Part shown: one piece after another, positions 29,048 to 39,214 of the stretch
Layout: every line of letters starts with the position of its first letter
How positions within the stretch are numbered: position 1 is the first letter of the stretch
Origin: an uncultured Chitinophagaceae bacterium
GTDB taxonomy: Bacteria; Bacteroidota; Bacteroidia; NS11-12g; UBA9320
Assembly: GCA_964647785.1 (NCBI GenBank)
Contig: CAZYJD010000003.1
Location: forward strand, 1-60,460
DNA: 60,460 nucleotides
Direction of reading: 5' to 3'
Made by a program: the position numbers and the translations under genes
Notes under the pieces: generated by a model
Database searches by the model: none
Told to the model about the DNA's origin: nothing
What the model saw: the letters and a program-made list of their open reading frames with translations, nothing else

Positions 29048-30880
29048 ATGAAAATTTATTTTCGACTGCTCAAATACACAGGAAATTTAAGCAAGTACCT
29101 TTTGCTTTACATCGCACCTGTTGTGCTTGCGGTATTTTTTGGCATTTTCAATTTTGGTCTTCTGATGCCTTTGCTTGATGTACTTTTTCAACCTGGAGAA
29201 GAAACAAGCGGTTCGCTTTCAGTAGCCCCCCAATTTGCCCTGAGTGTAGATTATGCAAAGTCAATTTTCACTTATTACTTCGAAAAAATTAGTATCGAGC
29301 GCGGTCAAATTGGGGCACTGGCCTTTGTGTGCCAGCTCATTTTTGTTTCGGTTCTCTTGAGCAACTTATTTAAGTACTTATCGCAAAGGGTTTTGGCGAG
29401 TCTTCGTACGCGGCTGGTCACCAATTTGCGCAATGCCATTTTCGCCAAAGTAAACCGCCTGCATCTGGCTTATTTCCAAAACCAAAGAAAAGGGGAAGTT
29501 CTTACCTACCTCTCTGCCGACATCAATGAAATAGAAAACACCCTTGTTAATTCCATTCAGATTTTTTTACGAGAACCTTTGATGCTCATTGGTTTAATTG
29601 TGGTTTTGTTTACCATCAGCGTGAAACTGACCTTATTTTCTTTGATCGTGCTTCCCGTGAGTGGTTTGCTCATTTCATTCATCACAAGAAAGCTGCGCCG
29701 ACAAACAAGGTTGATGCAAAAATTTCTCGACAGTATCTTATCCATGGCCGATGAAACCCTTGGTGGTATTCGCATCATCAAAGCATTCAATGCAGAGCAT
29801 TACATTACCGGTAAGTTTAAAAGCGAGAACGAAAATTACAGAAGAAGTTTACGTTCCATTTGGAATCGCCGCGAGCTGGCATCCCCTCTTTCAGAGTTTT
29901 TAGGGGTGAGTGTGGTGCTCCTATTGGTTTGGTATGGCGGCAAGTTGGTGCTCGAAGGCCAGAGTGAATTAAAAGCCAGTGCATTCATCGCGTACCTGGT
30001 ATTTTTTTCACAAGTTCTTCAACCTTTAAAGCATATCAGCAATAGCATAACGGCCATACAAAGAGGGCTCGTTTCAGGTGAAAGAATTTTCAGCTTCCTC
30101 GATCAGAAAGAAGAACTAAAAGATCAAAAAGACGCCATTCGTCTAAAGGACTTTGATCAGGCCATTCGCTTTGATGATGTGAACTTCTCTTATGGCGAGA
30201 ACATGGTTTTAACCAATATTCATCTGAATATACCCAAAGGAAGCAGCCTTGCTTTGGTAGGACCATCTGGAGCCGGAAAGTCAACCCTGGCAGATTTACT
30301 GGTTCGTTTTTACGATGTGAGTTCAGGGACCATAAGCATTGACGGAAAAGACATCCGAACGTTTAATAGCGCCTCGTACCGGCAATTTTTCGGAATTGTT
30401 CCTCAGGAAGCCATCCTTTTTAATGACACCATTTACAACAATATTGTATTTGGCCGTGAGGGAATTGGCAAAGAAGAAGTAGAGCAAGCAGCCCGTATTG
30501 CCAATGCGCACGAGTTCATTCAACAATTCGACAAAGGTTATGATACCATGGCTGGAGAGCGTGGAAGCCGATTGAGTGGCGGACAAAAACAGCGAATTAG
30601 TATTGCCAGAGCCGTGCTGGGAAATCCTGAAATATTGGTATTGGATGAAGCCACTTCTGCCCTTGATACCGAATCAGAACAACTCATTCAGCAAGCCATT
30701 GAAGAAATCATGAAAACCAGAACCGTTGTGGTGATAGCGCATAGGCTTTCTACCATTCGAAACGCCGATCATATCGTGGTTTTGAATGATGGCAAAATTG
30801 AACAAAGTGGAACGCATACACAGTTGATGCAACAGGAAGGTTTATACAGCCGGTTGGTAGGTCTTCAGGATTTTCGCTGA
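29048..30880 (+). CDS. ABC transporter, fused permease/ATPase (MsbA-like)
   Basis: N-terminal TM domain; GPSGAGKST, LSGGQKQR, LVLDEATSALD, IAHRLST. Confidence 0.93.
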   Translation: MKIYFRLLKYTGNLSKYLLLYIAPVVLAVFFGIFNFGLLMPLLDVLFQPGEETSGSLSVAPQFALSVDYAKSIFTYYFEKISIERGQIGALAFVCQLIFVSVLLSNLFKYLSQRVLASLRTRLVTNLRNAIFAKVNRLHLAYFQNQRKGEVLTYLSADINEIENTLVNSIQIFLREPLMLIGLIVVLFTISVKLTLFSLIVLPVSGLLISFITRKLRRQTRLMQKFLDSILSMADETLGGIRIIKAFNAEHYITGKFKSENENYRRSLRSIWNRRELASPLSEFLGVSVVLLLVWYGGKLVLEGQSELKASAFIAYLVFFSQVLQPLKHISNSITAIQRGLVSGERIFSFLDQKEELKDQKDAIRLKDFDQAIRFDDVNFSYGENMVLTNIHLNIPKGSSLALVGPSGAGKSTLADLLVRFYDVSSGTISIDGKDIRTFNSASYRQFFGIVPQEAILFNDTIYNNIVFGREGIGKEEVEQAARIANAHEFIQQFDKGYDTMAGERGSRLSGGQKQRISIARAVLGNPEILVLDEATSALDTESEQLIQQAIEEIMKTRTVVVIAHRLSTIRNADHIVVLNDGKIEQSGTHTQLMQQEGLYSRLVGLQDFR

Positions 30881-31530
30881 GGTGTTTTTAAAATTTCTTC
30901 AGAATCAATGATGTGCACACCTACAGAGGGCTTCAGTGCATGTTTAATCATACTTGCGGCGAGCTTTGTTACAGGCACTTTGCGATAGCGATACAGAGGA
31001 CCAATAAGCAATGGATTGAGAACATTCATGATGACCGTAGCCATTTTTTCGCCAAACCTCCACTCCTTCCGATTTCCACCCAATAGTCCGGGACGATAAA
31101 TATAGCGCATGGGAATGTCCATTGATTTCAGGCCTTCTTCAACCTCTCCTTTAATCCGGTTGTAGAATATCGAAGAGGAAGCCGAGGCACCTATTGCACT
31201 GATTAAATGAAATTGTTGCACCTCTGCCTTTTTTGATGCCCGAATTAAATGAACCACATAGTCGTGATCAACCGTTCTAAACGCATCTTTACTTCCTGCG
31301 GTTTTCATGGTGGTGCCTAAACAGCAAAAGACCGTATCAACTTGGCGCAGCGCGGCCACAAGTGCCGGTTCATCTGCATAATCCAATTTTAGGTCGCGCA
31401 CTTTATAGTGGTTCCACAAATCGCCCTTCCTGCTAAAGGCAATGACTCCATTACATGACTCCAGCTCAGCCAATTGCTGAACAAGCTCAAATCCTGTTAA
31501 TCCTGTACTTCCGGCTACTGCTGCTTTCAT
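30865..31530 (-). CDS. NAD(P)-binding Rossmann-fold protein (HTATIP2/CC3-like atypical SDR)
   Basis: Start ATG 31530 (MKAAVAGSTGLTG); FCCLGTT, FRTVDHDY, YNRIKGEVE, YRPGLLGG. Confidence 0.88.
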   Translation of the reverse strand: MKAAVAGSTGLTGFELVQQLAELESCNGVIAFSRKGDLWNHYKVRDLKLDYADEPALVAALRQVDTVFCCLGTTMKTAGSKDAFRTVDHDYVVHLIRASKKAEVQQFHLISAIGASASSSIFYNRIKGEVEEGLKSMDIPMRYIYRPGLLGGNRKEWRFGEKMATVIMNVLNPLLIGPLYRYRKVPVTKLAASMIKHALKPSVGVHIIDSEEILKTPQRKS

Positions 31531-31609
31531 GGAATCGAAAATATGAAAATGACAACAATTTGTGGTATTTGATTCCGGTTTGTAAAATCTTGTTAAAATT
31601 GTAGAACAA

Positions 31610-32575
31610 ATGACCGAAGAAAACACCAACCTCAGCGCAAGCGCGAATGAAGATAGTACCAATGCAAAGCCTTGGCCACTGATCATTCTTTTTATTTTGT
31701 CTTTTGCTGGCAACGGCTATCTGTTTTATGAATACTATCAGAGCAATCTAAGCCCCAAGGCCAAATCGATAGAAAAGAAGTTCGAAGCGCTGCAACTGAA
31801 TTTTCAAGATCTTGAAAATGTGAAAGCAAGCCTTCAAGAAGAATTGGAGAATACCCGCAAACACCTGGAGCAAACCATGAGTGAAAATCTTGGATTTCAG
31901 GAATTGAATGCTGACTTGAGTAAGAAAGTAGATGAACAAACCATCCGTATACGTCAATTGCTCAATCGTGGTGGCAATGGAGATCCTGCCGCACTTCTCG
32001 CAGCAAAAGCACAAATTGAACGTCTCAAGAAGGAGAATGATCACTATCTGTTGCAAGTAGATAGCATCAGGCAAGTGGCGAATATTCAGGCAGAAAATGC
32101 CGTACAGGCGATTGCAAATAGCCGTAAATTAGAAGAGCAGGCCAAGGCCTACAAGGAAAAAACCGACAGCATTGAACAAAAATTAGAAAACAGCAGTTTG
32201 CTTCTTGTTCAAAACCTGAAAGTTGAACCCATCCGCACCAAACGCGGAAGTGAAGAGGTAACCTTTAAGGCCGGGCGAGTTGAAAAAATCAAAGTTACTT
32301 TCACCCTCGATGGTGGCGAATTGGTTACAAGCGGAGAAAAAGAAGTGGTGATGCGATTGATTGGTGTCAACAACGAGGTGCTTACCAATGACAATGAAGT
32401 TCTCACGGATTCAGAACAATTGATTACGGATAAAAAAGCGGTGTTGTACGATGGTGCGCCTGAAAAAGTAAAGTTCAATTACAAGCAGAATGCCGAATAC
32501 CGAAAAGGCAGTTATAAAGTTGAGATCTTACACAAAGGTGTGCTCATCAACATGGGCAGTTTTGTTTTGGATTGA
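31610..32575 (+). CDS. Membrane-anchored coiled-coil protein with a C-terminal beta domain (conserved hypothetical)
   Basis: Single TM (LIILFILSFAGNGYLFY), about 170 aa heptad-rich stretch, beta-rich C-terminus ending GSYKVEIL...GSFVLD. Confidence 0.75.
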   Translation: MTEENTNLSASANEDSTNAKPWPLIILFILSFAGNGYLFYEYYQSNLSPKAKSIEKKFEALQLNFQDLENVKASLQEELENTRKHLEQTMSENLGFQELNADLSKKVDEQTIRIRQLLNRGGNGDPAALLAAKAQIERLKKENDHYLLQVDSIRQVANIQAENAVQAIANSRKLEEQAKAYKEKTDSIEQKLENSSLLLVQNLKVEPIRTKRGSEEVTFKAGRVEKIKVTFTLDGGELVTSGEKEVVMRLIGVNNEVLTNDNEVLTDSEQLITDKKAVLYDGAPEKVKFNYKQNAEYRKGSYKVEILHKGVLINMGSFVLD

Positions 32576-32585
32576 TGGAATTCTT

Positions 32586-33821
32586 TCAACTGAGGTCTAC
32601 CTCCAACTGATTCCGTACCAAATCTTCAAACGTTTCTCTTTTCCTGATTAAATGGGCCTCACCCTTGTAGATGAGTACCTCTGCAGGCCGGTAGCGGCTG
32701 TTATAATTAGAACTCATACTAAATCCATATGCCCCGGCATTGTGCATGGCAATGATATCTCCTTCGCGTACTTCATTCAGTTGCCGATCATAGCCAAATG
32801 TATCCGTTTCACAGATATATCCTACCACCGAGTAAATTCTTCGCGTACCACATGGATTGCTAATATTTGTCATATGATGATATGCATCATAGAACATAGG
32901 ACGAATGAGATGATTTTGACCGCTATCAACGCCAACAAAAACGGTTGAGGTGGTTTGTTTAATCACATTGGTTTTCACCAAAAAATAACCCGCTTCGCTC
33001 ACCAGAAATTTCCCTGGCTCAAACCATAGTTCCAGCTTTCGACCGTAGCGTTCACAAAACTGTTGGAAGCTTTTTGAAATACGCGCCCCAATGTCTTTGA
33101 TGTCAGGAACCACATCGCCCTCTTTGTATGCCACCTTGAATCCTGAACCAAAATCCATGAAGTCCAGTTGGTCAAATTCGGCAGCAGCATTGTACAGAAG
33201 TTCTGCCCCCCGCAAAAAAACATCCGGATCGAGTATATCCGAGCCGGTATGCATATGCAATCCATTTACGTGGATGCCATAATTTTCAACGATACGCTTT
33301 ACCAGTGGCAGCTGATAAATGCTAATTCCAAACTTTGAATCGATGTGTCCCACTGATATATGCGCATGACCACCTGCCATGATATGCGGATTAAGACGCA
33401 GGCATACCGGAACTTTTCCGCCAAAACGAGATCCGAATTGTTCGAGGATACTGATGTTATCAATGTTGATCAACACCCCATATTCAACGGCTTTTTCAAT
33501 CTCTTCAATGGATACACCATTTGGGGTATAGAGAATTTCTGATGGCTCATAACCAGACCTGAGCCCCAACTGCACTTCCTGAATGGACACCGTATCGAGT
33601 CCAGCGCCTTCTTTTCGCAACAGTTTGAGCACATTCACATTGGTTAATGCTTTACAAGCGTATTTTAACTTCACATCTACGCCCTTGAAAGCAGAACTGA
33701 GCTTTTTGTATTGCTCGGCTATTTTATCTGCGCTGTAAACATAAAGTGGAGTACCAAATTCTTCTGCTACTTCGAGAAGATTTACTCCGGCAAGTTTGTA
33801 TTGATTGTTCTCAAGTTGCAT
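32586..33821 (-). CDS. lysA: Diaminopimelate decarboxylase
   Basis: Start probably ATG 33821 (MQLENNQY); FGTPLYVY, YACKALTN (PLP Lys), HMHTGS, EPGKFLV, GYICETD, GAYGFSMSSNYN. Confidence 0.96.
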   Translation of the reverse strand: MQLENNQYKLAGVNLLEVAEEFGTPLYVYSADKIAEQYKKLSSAFKGVDVKLKYACKALTNVNVLKLLRKEGAGLDTVSIQEVQLGLRSGYEPSEILYTPNGVSIEEIEKAVEYGVLINIDNISILEQFGSRFGGKVPVCLRLNPHIMAGGHAHISVGHIDSKFGISIYQLPLVKRIVENYGIHVNGLHMHTGSDILDPDVFLRGAELLYNAAAEFDQLDFMDFGSGFKVAYKEGDVVPDIKDIGARISKSFQQFCERYGRKLELWFEPGKFLVSEAGYFLVKTNVIKQTTSTVFVGVDSGQNHLIRPMFYDAYHHMTNISNPCGTRRIYSVVGYICETDTFGYDRQLNEVREGDIIAMHNAGAYGFSMSSNYNSRYRPAEVLIYKGEAHLIRKRETFEDLVRNQLEVDLS

Positions 33822-33874
33822 GTTGGCACAAAGATGCGTCAAAGGCTGAAACATGCAAAACAGCAAATCATGCT

Positions 33875-36262
33875 TCAGAATGGATAACCCACGGCAATAT
33901 TCAGGATCGTTTGCCTCGAAATCCAACGGTCTTGTCCAAATTCACGGATAATCCATCTCTTGTTTTCAGGGAAAGTAGGGTCATGCAAGGGTATTCCCCA
34001 GTCGAAACGCAAGATGAAGAAATCGAAATCCCAGCGCAGCCCAATTCCTGTATTGATGGCCAGCTGCTTATAAAAATCTCTGAAATGAAAATTATCGTTA
34101 AAAAAAGTACTGTCTTCTGATACATTCCAGATATTTCCTGCATCAACAAACAAGGCTCCTTCCAAGTACTTTAGGAATATATCAAAGCGGTATTCCCAGT
34201 TGGCTTGCAATAACAATTCACCGGACTTGTCAATTCTAACACGTGCGTCATCTGAGTAAAGACCGGGGCCAACGGTTCTGGGTCGCCATGCCCTCAAGCT
34301 GTTCGACCCACCCACAAAAAAACGACGCTCAAAAGGCAAAAGTTCTGAGTTGCCATAAGGAATGCCAATACCTGTCCAAAGACGCGCCACCATTGAGTGT
34401 ACCTCATTCCACACGCGGGTATAGCGTATATCAAACTCCGAACGCACGAATTGAAAATACCGCACACCAAGTAAGCTCTTGTCTCTTGCAGGCACCCCTT
34501 CAGAAAGACGGTGATAGGCTGAAATGGAATTGCCCGATAGTTCAAGCAGATGACTTTGAATCCACCAATATGAACGAGGATTCGTGGGTCGGTCGGTGTA
34601 TAAAAAACTAAAACGAGAGCCACTTATCAAGTTATTGGCAAACAGTCTTGAAATAAATATACTATCCGAGTTATTTAACTGTCCTGTGAAAGTAGGGCTA
34701 ACGCTTGCCTGGTTAAATGAAAGCTGCCAAGGAGCTACCAGAAAAGTGGTTCTTCGCTTTGAGAACTGATAGCTAACATTGAGCGGAAGCACCGTTCGAT
34801 TAAAGTTTAAATTACGCTCGAGATAGTACGAGGCATTGAAAGAAGTTCTGGATTGGACCCAGTTTTTTCGGGCTGACAGGTTTTCGAAGAACAATAGTTG
34901 TGGAATGACATAACTGGCAGTGAAGTTTTGCAACACATTCACCACGGCATCCACCGAATCAACTCTCAACTGCGTTTCGAAAGAAGTCTTGCTATTGATG
35001 TTAAATTGATCTGCTCTACCGCTGATATTCTTATTGCGAAGCGTTAGATTGTTCACAAAACCATAGTTCCTACTTCGGTCTTCTTCCAGTCCAAGGCTTT
35101 GCTCCGAGCTCACCAATTGTGGTTCCCAAATAAAATCATGCCTTGCAGAAGGCATGAGCTGCACCACCACATCCATATAACCGCTGCTGTCATCGATTTT
35201 CGGATAATTAATATTTACAAATTTGAAGAGGTCCAGAGCAATGAGCTTTCTGTAAGCCTCATCTACCTTACTTTGGCTAAAGAACTGTCCGGGCCTGAGG
35301 CTCATGTTGCTCATCAAAACATAGTTCTTAATTCGCAGTCCGCGATCAGTAATGACCACCCCATCAACTGTATCTTGCTTGAAATAATTTGAAGACTGCT
35401 CTCCTTCAATGATCACATTGACACTTCTAAGCCGATACTGCTGATGTGGCTCCGTTTGAAGATAGCTATTAACGATGAGGTTAACTTTTACCTGCTTCGG
35501 CCCTGCACTCGTATCCACATCGTAATTGATGTAATTTTTGTTAAAACGAAAAAAACCATAGTCGCGAAGCATTTCATTCAACCGATTACGTTCTTTGGCC
35601 AATTGGTCAAAATCCAGTGCATCACCAACTTCAAGTTCCTCAAAACGAGTGCTTTGTAGTATACTATCCAGCACAAAATCATTTGCAAATTTCTCTTTTC
35701 TACCAATCGTATATGAGGGACCGGCATCAATCTTGTAAATGGCAACAGCCTTGTTTTTTTTCTTATTTTTTGTTTGTATCTCGTAGTTAACCTGCGCTTG
35801 AAAATGACCTTTATTGAACAGATAATTCCTGAGATTGCCCGCACTTCTTTCAACGGCCGACGAATCTGCAAAGATGGGCGCCTCACCTGCTGTTTCCATT
35901 AAAAACCGGTTTAACCTGCTGGTATCGAGTGCCATATCGCCATGTCGGTATCTTCTATTCAGCACCCTTTGGTGTCGGTTTTGTCCCGCAGCATAGGTGC
36001 GTAAATGAAAACGAAACAATCCGAGTACCTTTCGATTGGGTCGAAGCAAAATTTGTTCTTGCAATTCGCCCGAACCAAATGAATTGGCTCCCACAATCTG
36101 ATTGGCCGTTAACAGCTGCCTTCCTTCGGGAATGCTTTTTCTCAACCCGCAAGAAGAGCTCAGAACAACCAATAGCAATAGGAATTGATACGCGTGTCCG
36201 AAATTTAACAGACCTTTGTGACCAATATGGCGCTCGGCAGCAATAAGCTTAAGTTTCTTCAA
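33875..36262 (-). CDS. Omp85 family (BamA/TamA-like) outer-membrane protein with POTRA domains; start uncertain
   Basis: Lipobox-like LSSSC; POTRA-like GHFQAQV; FFVGGSNSLRAW; GALFVDAGNIW; terminal IAVGYPF. There is no ATG before the lipobox. Confidence 0.88.
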   Translation of the reverse strand: MKKLKLIAAERHIGHKGLLNFGHAYQFLLLLVVLSSSCGLRKSIPEGRQLLTANQIVGANSFGSGELQEQILLRPNRKVLGLFRFHLRTYAAGQNRHQRVLNRRYRHGDMALDTSRLNRFLMETAGEAPIFADSSAVERSAGNLRNYLFNKGHFQAQVNYEIQTKNKKKNKAVAIYKIDAGPSYTIGRKEKFANDFVLDSILQSTRFEELEVGDALDFDQLAKERNRLNEMLRDYGFFRFNKNYINYDVDTSAGPKQVKVNLIVNSYLQTEPHQQYRLRSVNVIIEGEQSSNYFKQDTVDGVVITDRGLRIKNYVLMSNMSLRPGQFFSQSKVDEAYRKLIALDLFKFVNINYPKIDDSSGYMDVVVQLMPSARHDFIWEPQLVSSEQSLGLEEDRSRNYGFVNNLTLRNKNISGRADQFNINSKTSFETQLRVDSVDAVVNVLQNFTASYVIPQLLFFENLSARKNWVQSRTSFNASYYLERNLNFNRTVLPLNVSYQFSKRRTTFLVAPWQLSFNQASVSPTFTGQLNNSDSIFISRLFANNLISGSRFSFLYTDRPTNPRSYWWIQSHLLELSGNSISAYHRLSEGVPARDKSLLGVRYFQFVRSEFDIRYTRVWNEVHSMVARLWTGIGIPYGNSELLPFERRFFVGGSNSLRAWRPRTVGPGLYSDDARVRIDKSGELLLQANWEYRFDIFLKYLEGALFVDAGNIWNVSEDSTFFNDNFHFRDFYKQLAINTGIGLRWDFDFFILRFDWGIPLHDPTFPENKRWIIREFGQDRWISRQTILNIAVGYPF

Positions 36263-36961
36263 TCCCTTCAGAACAGAAAGTTCAGACGCAAATATGGCTA
36301 TTTTATTGTGGAAGGTGAAAAGGCTGTTCGAGAGTTTTGTGAAGGATCGCTTTTTCAGGTGGATGAAGTTTACTCAACGGAAGAATTATTTCTCGAAGGT
36401 CTGGATCATTCAATTGATATGCAATTGATTAGCCAAAAAGAGATGGATCGTATTTCAGCCTTCTCTACGCCCTCTCCAGCCGCTGCGCTTGTGCAAATCA
36501 GAGCATTTGATATCACTGAATACCCCTGTGAGAAGGGATGGGCTATTGCGGTTGACCGCATGAACGACCCCGGAAATTTAGGAACAATGATTCGCATTGC
36601 TGACTGGTATGGTTTAGATCGTATCTACATCGGTGACGGAAGCGTAGATGCCTTCAATCCCAAAACGATTTCTTCAAGCATGGGCAGCCTGAGCAGGGTT
36701 ATGCCAATAAATGTTGACCTCCAGCATTTCCTCGATACCCTCTCCATTCCATGTTATGCAGCTGTACTTGATGGAAAGGATGTTAAAACCATTGAGGCAA
36801 AGAAAGGTTTGCTACTCATAGGAAGCGAATCTCACGGCATTGAGCCAAAATTGCTCGAAAGCTGTGAAGAATTAATTTCTATCGGCAGAATTGGCAAAGC
36901 TGAAAGCTTGAACGCAGCCATTGCCACTGCCATTCTTTGTGAGCGGCTAATCAGAGGTTAA
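36227..36961 (+). CDS. TrmH/SpoU family RNA methyltransferase
   Basis: FIVEGEK, NDPGNLGTMIRIADWYG, SMGS, IGSESHGI, AESLNAAIA. Confidence 0.93.
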   Translation: MALGSNKLKFLQSLQNRKFRRKYGYFIVEGEKAVREFCEGSLFQVDEVYSTEELFLEGLDHSIDMQLISQKEMDRISAFSTPSPAAALVQIRAFDITEYPCEKGWAIAVDRMNDPGNLGTMIRIADWYGLDRIYIGDGSVDAFNPKTISSSMGSLSRVMPINVDLQHFLDTLSIPCYAAVLDGKDVKTIEAKKGLLLIGSESHGIEPKLLESCEELISIGRIGKAESLNAAIATAILCERLIRG

Positions 36962-37013
36962 TGGCCCAAAGCTTCCGTGATACCTGGGGCCGGCGGCCAA
37001 AATGAATTGCAAC

Positions 37014-37871
37014 TCATTCTTTCCGGTACTTCTGCGAATTTTTAACACCGCCCCATAGCATTTGATAGCGGATCCACATTTCTTTTTTCCTTTTGAAATA
37101 ATCATAGGTTCCATCCGGCAAATAGTGCTCATAATCGCCCTGCATCATTGGATTTGGTGGAACCAGGTTGGAAAAAACAATCATTTCATCCTTCTCCTCA
37201 TACCGCAACAGCATGGTGGCCTCATCGGCAAATGTGAAAATAACCCTATTCTGCACCACATCATCCATCTGAAAAATAGGATGACCAAATACAGGCTCAT
37301 CTAATTCATTGAGCTGCAAAACATCTATCACCTTTTTATTGCATCCGGCATCCTCCCCATCCCAACCCAATAGCAGGTAATAATCCTGTTTTTGATATCG
37401 GTAGTGCATTATTTGATAATACAGTGCACCCACCCAGTGTTTGTTATCAGTAATTTCCTGCTCCGGGTGCTCAAAAATTTGTGCGCTATCATACAAGCCA
37501 TGTAACACCAGATCATCGCCATCCCCAATCTGAATGGCACCAAAATAGAGGTATTGTCCACTATCCAGCAGTAAATTCCAAGTAAAGATTCGGAACGCAT
37601 CATTCTTAGGTTTGAGGATAGACACCGTCTTGATCAAACTGAAGTTGTAGTTGAATGAGCCCGGAATCTGAAGCGCTTGTTTCAAAGTTTGAATGAAATA
37701 ATAACAGCTCGTTATTCTCTCATTCTCATCTTCACCATTGATGATTCGATAACTCAACCCTTCGAGTTGGTATTCAAAATCGCGAATGCTGTCCTTGAGA
37801 ATGGGATCCGAAATCTGTGCACTGCCATGAAGGAACATTAAAATTAGTGCTATTAAAGTTGGCAGTCGCAT
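37014..37871 (-). CDS. Conserved hypothetical exported protein
   Basis: Start ATG 37871 with signal peptide (MRLPTLIALILMFLHGSAQ); FRIFTWN, WVGALYY, YLLLGWDG, PDGTYDYF motifs; downstream of thiolase on the same strand. Confidence 0.75.
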   Translation of the reverse strand: MRLPTLIALILMFLHGSAQISDPILKDSIRDFEYQLEGLSYRIINGEDENERITSCYYFIQTLKQALQIPGSFNYNFSLIKTVSILKPKNDAFRIFTWNLLLDSGQYLYFGAIQIGDGDDLVLHGLYDSAQIFEHPEQEITDNKHWVGALYYQIMHYRYQKQDYYLLLGWDGEDAGCNKKVIDVLQLNELDEPVFGHPIFQMDDVVQNRVIFTFADEATMLLRYEEKDEMIVFSNLVPPNPMMQGDYEHYLPDGTYDYFKRKKEMWIRYQMLWGGVKNSQKYRKE

Positions 37872-37911
37872 CCCTTTTGAAAACGAAATCCGGGTGATAA
37901 TTATTGCCGAA

Positions 37912-39087
37912 TTACATTTCAAGAACCATGGCAGAAGCTCCGCCTCCTCCATTGCAAATACCGGCTGCACCCCATTTTCCTGATTTGCTTTTGAGTACAT
38001 GCAAAAGGGTAACCAAAATTCGTGCACCTGATGCGCCAAGCGGATGACCCAGTGAAACAGCACCGCCATTCACATTCACCTTCGCAGGATCGAGTTTCAG
38101 CAATTGGTTGTTGATGATACTGACCACTGAAAATGCTTCATTGATCTCAAAGTAATCGATATCAGAAAGGGAACAACCCGCCTGCGCAACTGCCTTTGGC
38201 AATGCCTTGGCTGGTGCAGTAGTGAACCATTCCGGTTCCTGTGCAGCATCAGAAAAACCTGCAATTCGTGCCAGAGGAGTCAATCCAAGTTCCTTCACTT
38301 TTTGTTCGCTCATGAGCAAAATAGCAGCAGCTCCATCATTCAGGGTGCTTGCATTTGCAGCGGTGATGGTACCATCTTTCTGAAACACGGGTCGCAATTC
38401 AGGAATTTTTTCGTATCGAACGCTCTTATACTCCTCGTCTTCACTAAAAACGATGGGGTCCCCTTTGCGTTGTGGGATTTCCACAGGAACAATTTCATCC
38501 TTGAAAGCACCTGCTTGCCAGGCGGCTTCTGACCGTTTGTATGACTCGATGGCAAATGCATCCTGATCATCCCTGCTGATGTTATGCACTTTGGCAGTAT
38601 TCTCGGCAGCATTGCCCATGTGGTACTGATTGTACACATCGGTTAGTCCATCGTGCACCAACCCATCAGTCAAAGTGATGTTGCCGAGCTTCGTTCCTGT
38701 TCTGGAAGCGGTGTGATAATGCGGCACCATGCTCATGTTTTCCATACCACCGGCAATCACCACATCATTCTGGCCTAGCATGATGCTTTGCGCTGCCAAT
38801 GCAACCGCCTTCATGCCTGAAGCACAAACTTTATTGATGGTGGTACATGGGGTTTCGGGGCTCAATCCGGCAAAAATGGCTGCTTGTCTGGCGGGGGCTT
38901 GCCCCAATCCTGCCTGCAACACATTGCCCATGAACACTTCCTGAACCATTGCCGCATCCACACCTGCCTTTTCCAAAGCTCCTTTTATGGCAATGGCACC
39001 CAAACGAGGTGCAGGGATGGTTGATAAACTTCCATTGAAACTCCCCATGGGGGTTCTAACTGCTGAAACGATATACACTTTATTCAT
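37912..39087 (-). CDS. Acetyl-CoA C-acyltransferase (thiolase)
   Basis: NKVCASGM (Cys), EINEAF, GHPLGASG (His), GICNGGG (Cys). Confidence 0.97.
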   Translation of the reverse strand: MNKVYIVSAVRTPMGSFNGSLSTIPAPRLGAIAIKGALEKAGVDAAMVQEVFMGNVLQAGLGQAPARQAAIFAGLSPETPCTTINKVCASGMKAVALAAQSIMLGQNDVVIAGGMENMSMVPHYHTASRTGTKLGNITLTDGLVHDGLTDVYNQYHMGNAAENTAKVHNISRDDQDAFAIESYKRSEAAWQAGAFKDEIVPVEIPQRKGDPIVFSEDEEYKSVRYEKIPELRPVFQKDGTITAANASTLNDGAAAILLMSEQKVKELGLTPLARIAGFSDAAQEPEWFTTAPAKALPKAVAQAGCSLSDIDYFEINEAFSVVSIINNQLLKLDPAKVNVNGGAVSLGHPLGASGARILVTLLHVLKSKSGKWGAAGICNGGGGASAMVLEM

Positions 39088-39104
39088 GGTCCCAAATTTT
39101 GCTG

Positions 39105-39112
39105 CAAAATTA
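39105..39112 (-). promoter_or_regulatory. -7 box (TAATTTTG) for thiolase
   Basis: Exact TAnnTTTG, 17 nt upstream of ATG 39087. Confidence 0.65.
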
Positions 39113-39183
39113 GGGTAAATAGCCAGAGGAGCATACTTTCTTCAAAGAAGGCCCTGCGATAAAGTTTTCATTGCCAATTGTCT

Positions 39184-39191
39184 TACTTTTG
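39184..39191 (+). promoter_or_regulatory. -7 box (TACTTTTG) for nusB
   Basis: Exact TAnnTTTG, 23 nt upstream of ATG 39215. Confidence 0.65.
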
Positions 39192-39214
39192 CGCCCTCAT
39201 TCAGAGCAGGGGGG

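Noticed and set aside
33822-33874. Possible lysine riboswitch or attenuator before lysA
   Set aside because: Only 53 nt separate lysA from the upstream gene, too short for a lysine riboswitch, and no leader peptide is present.
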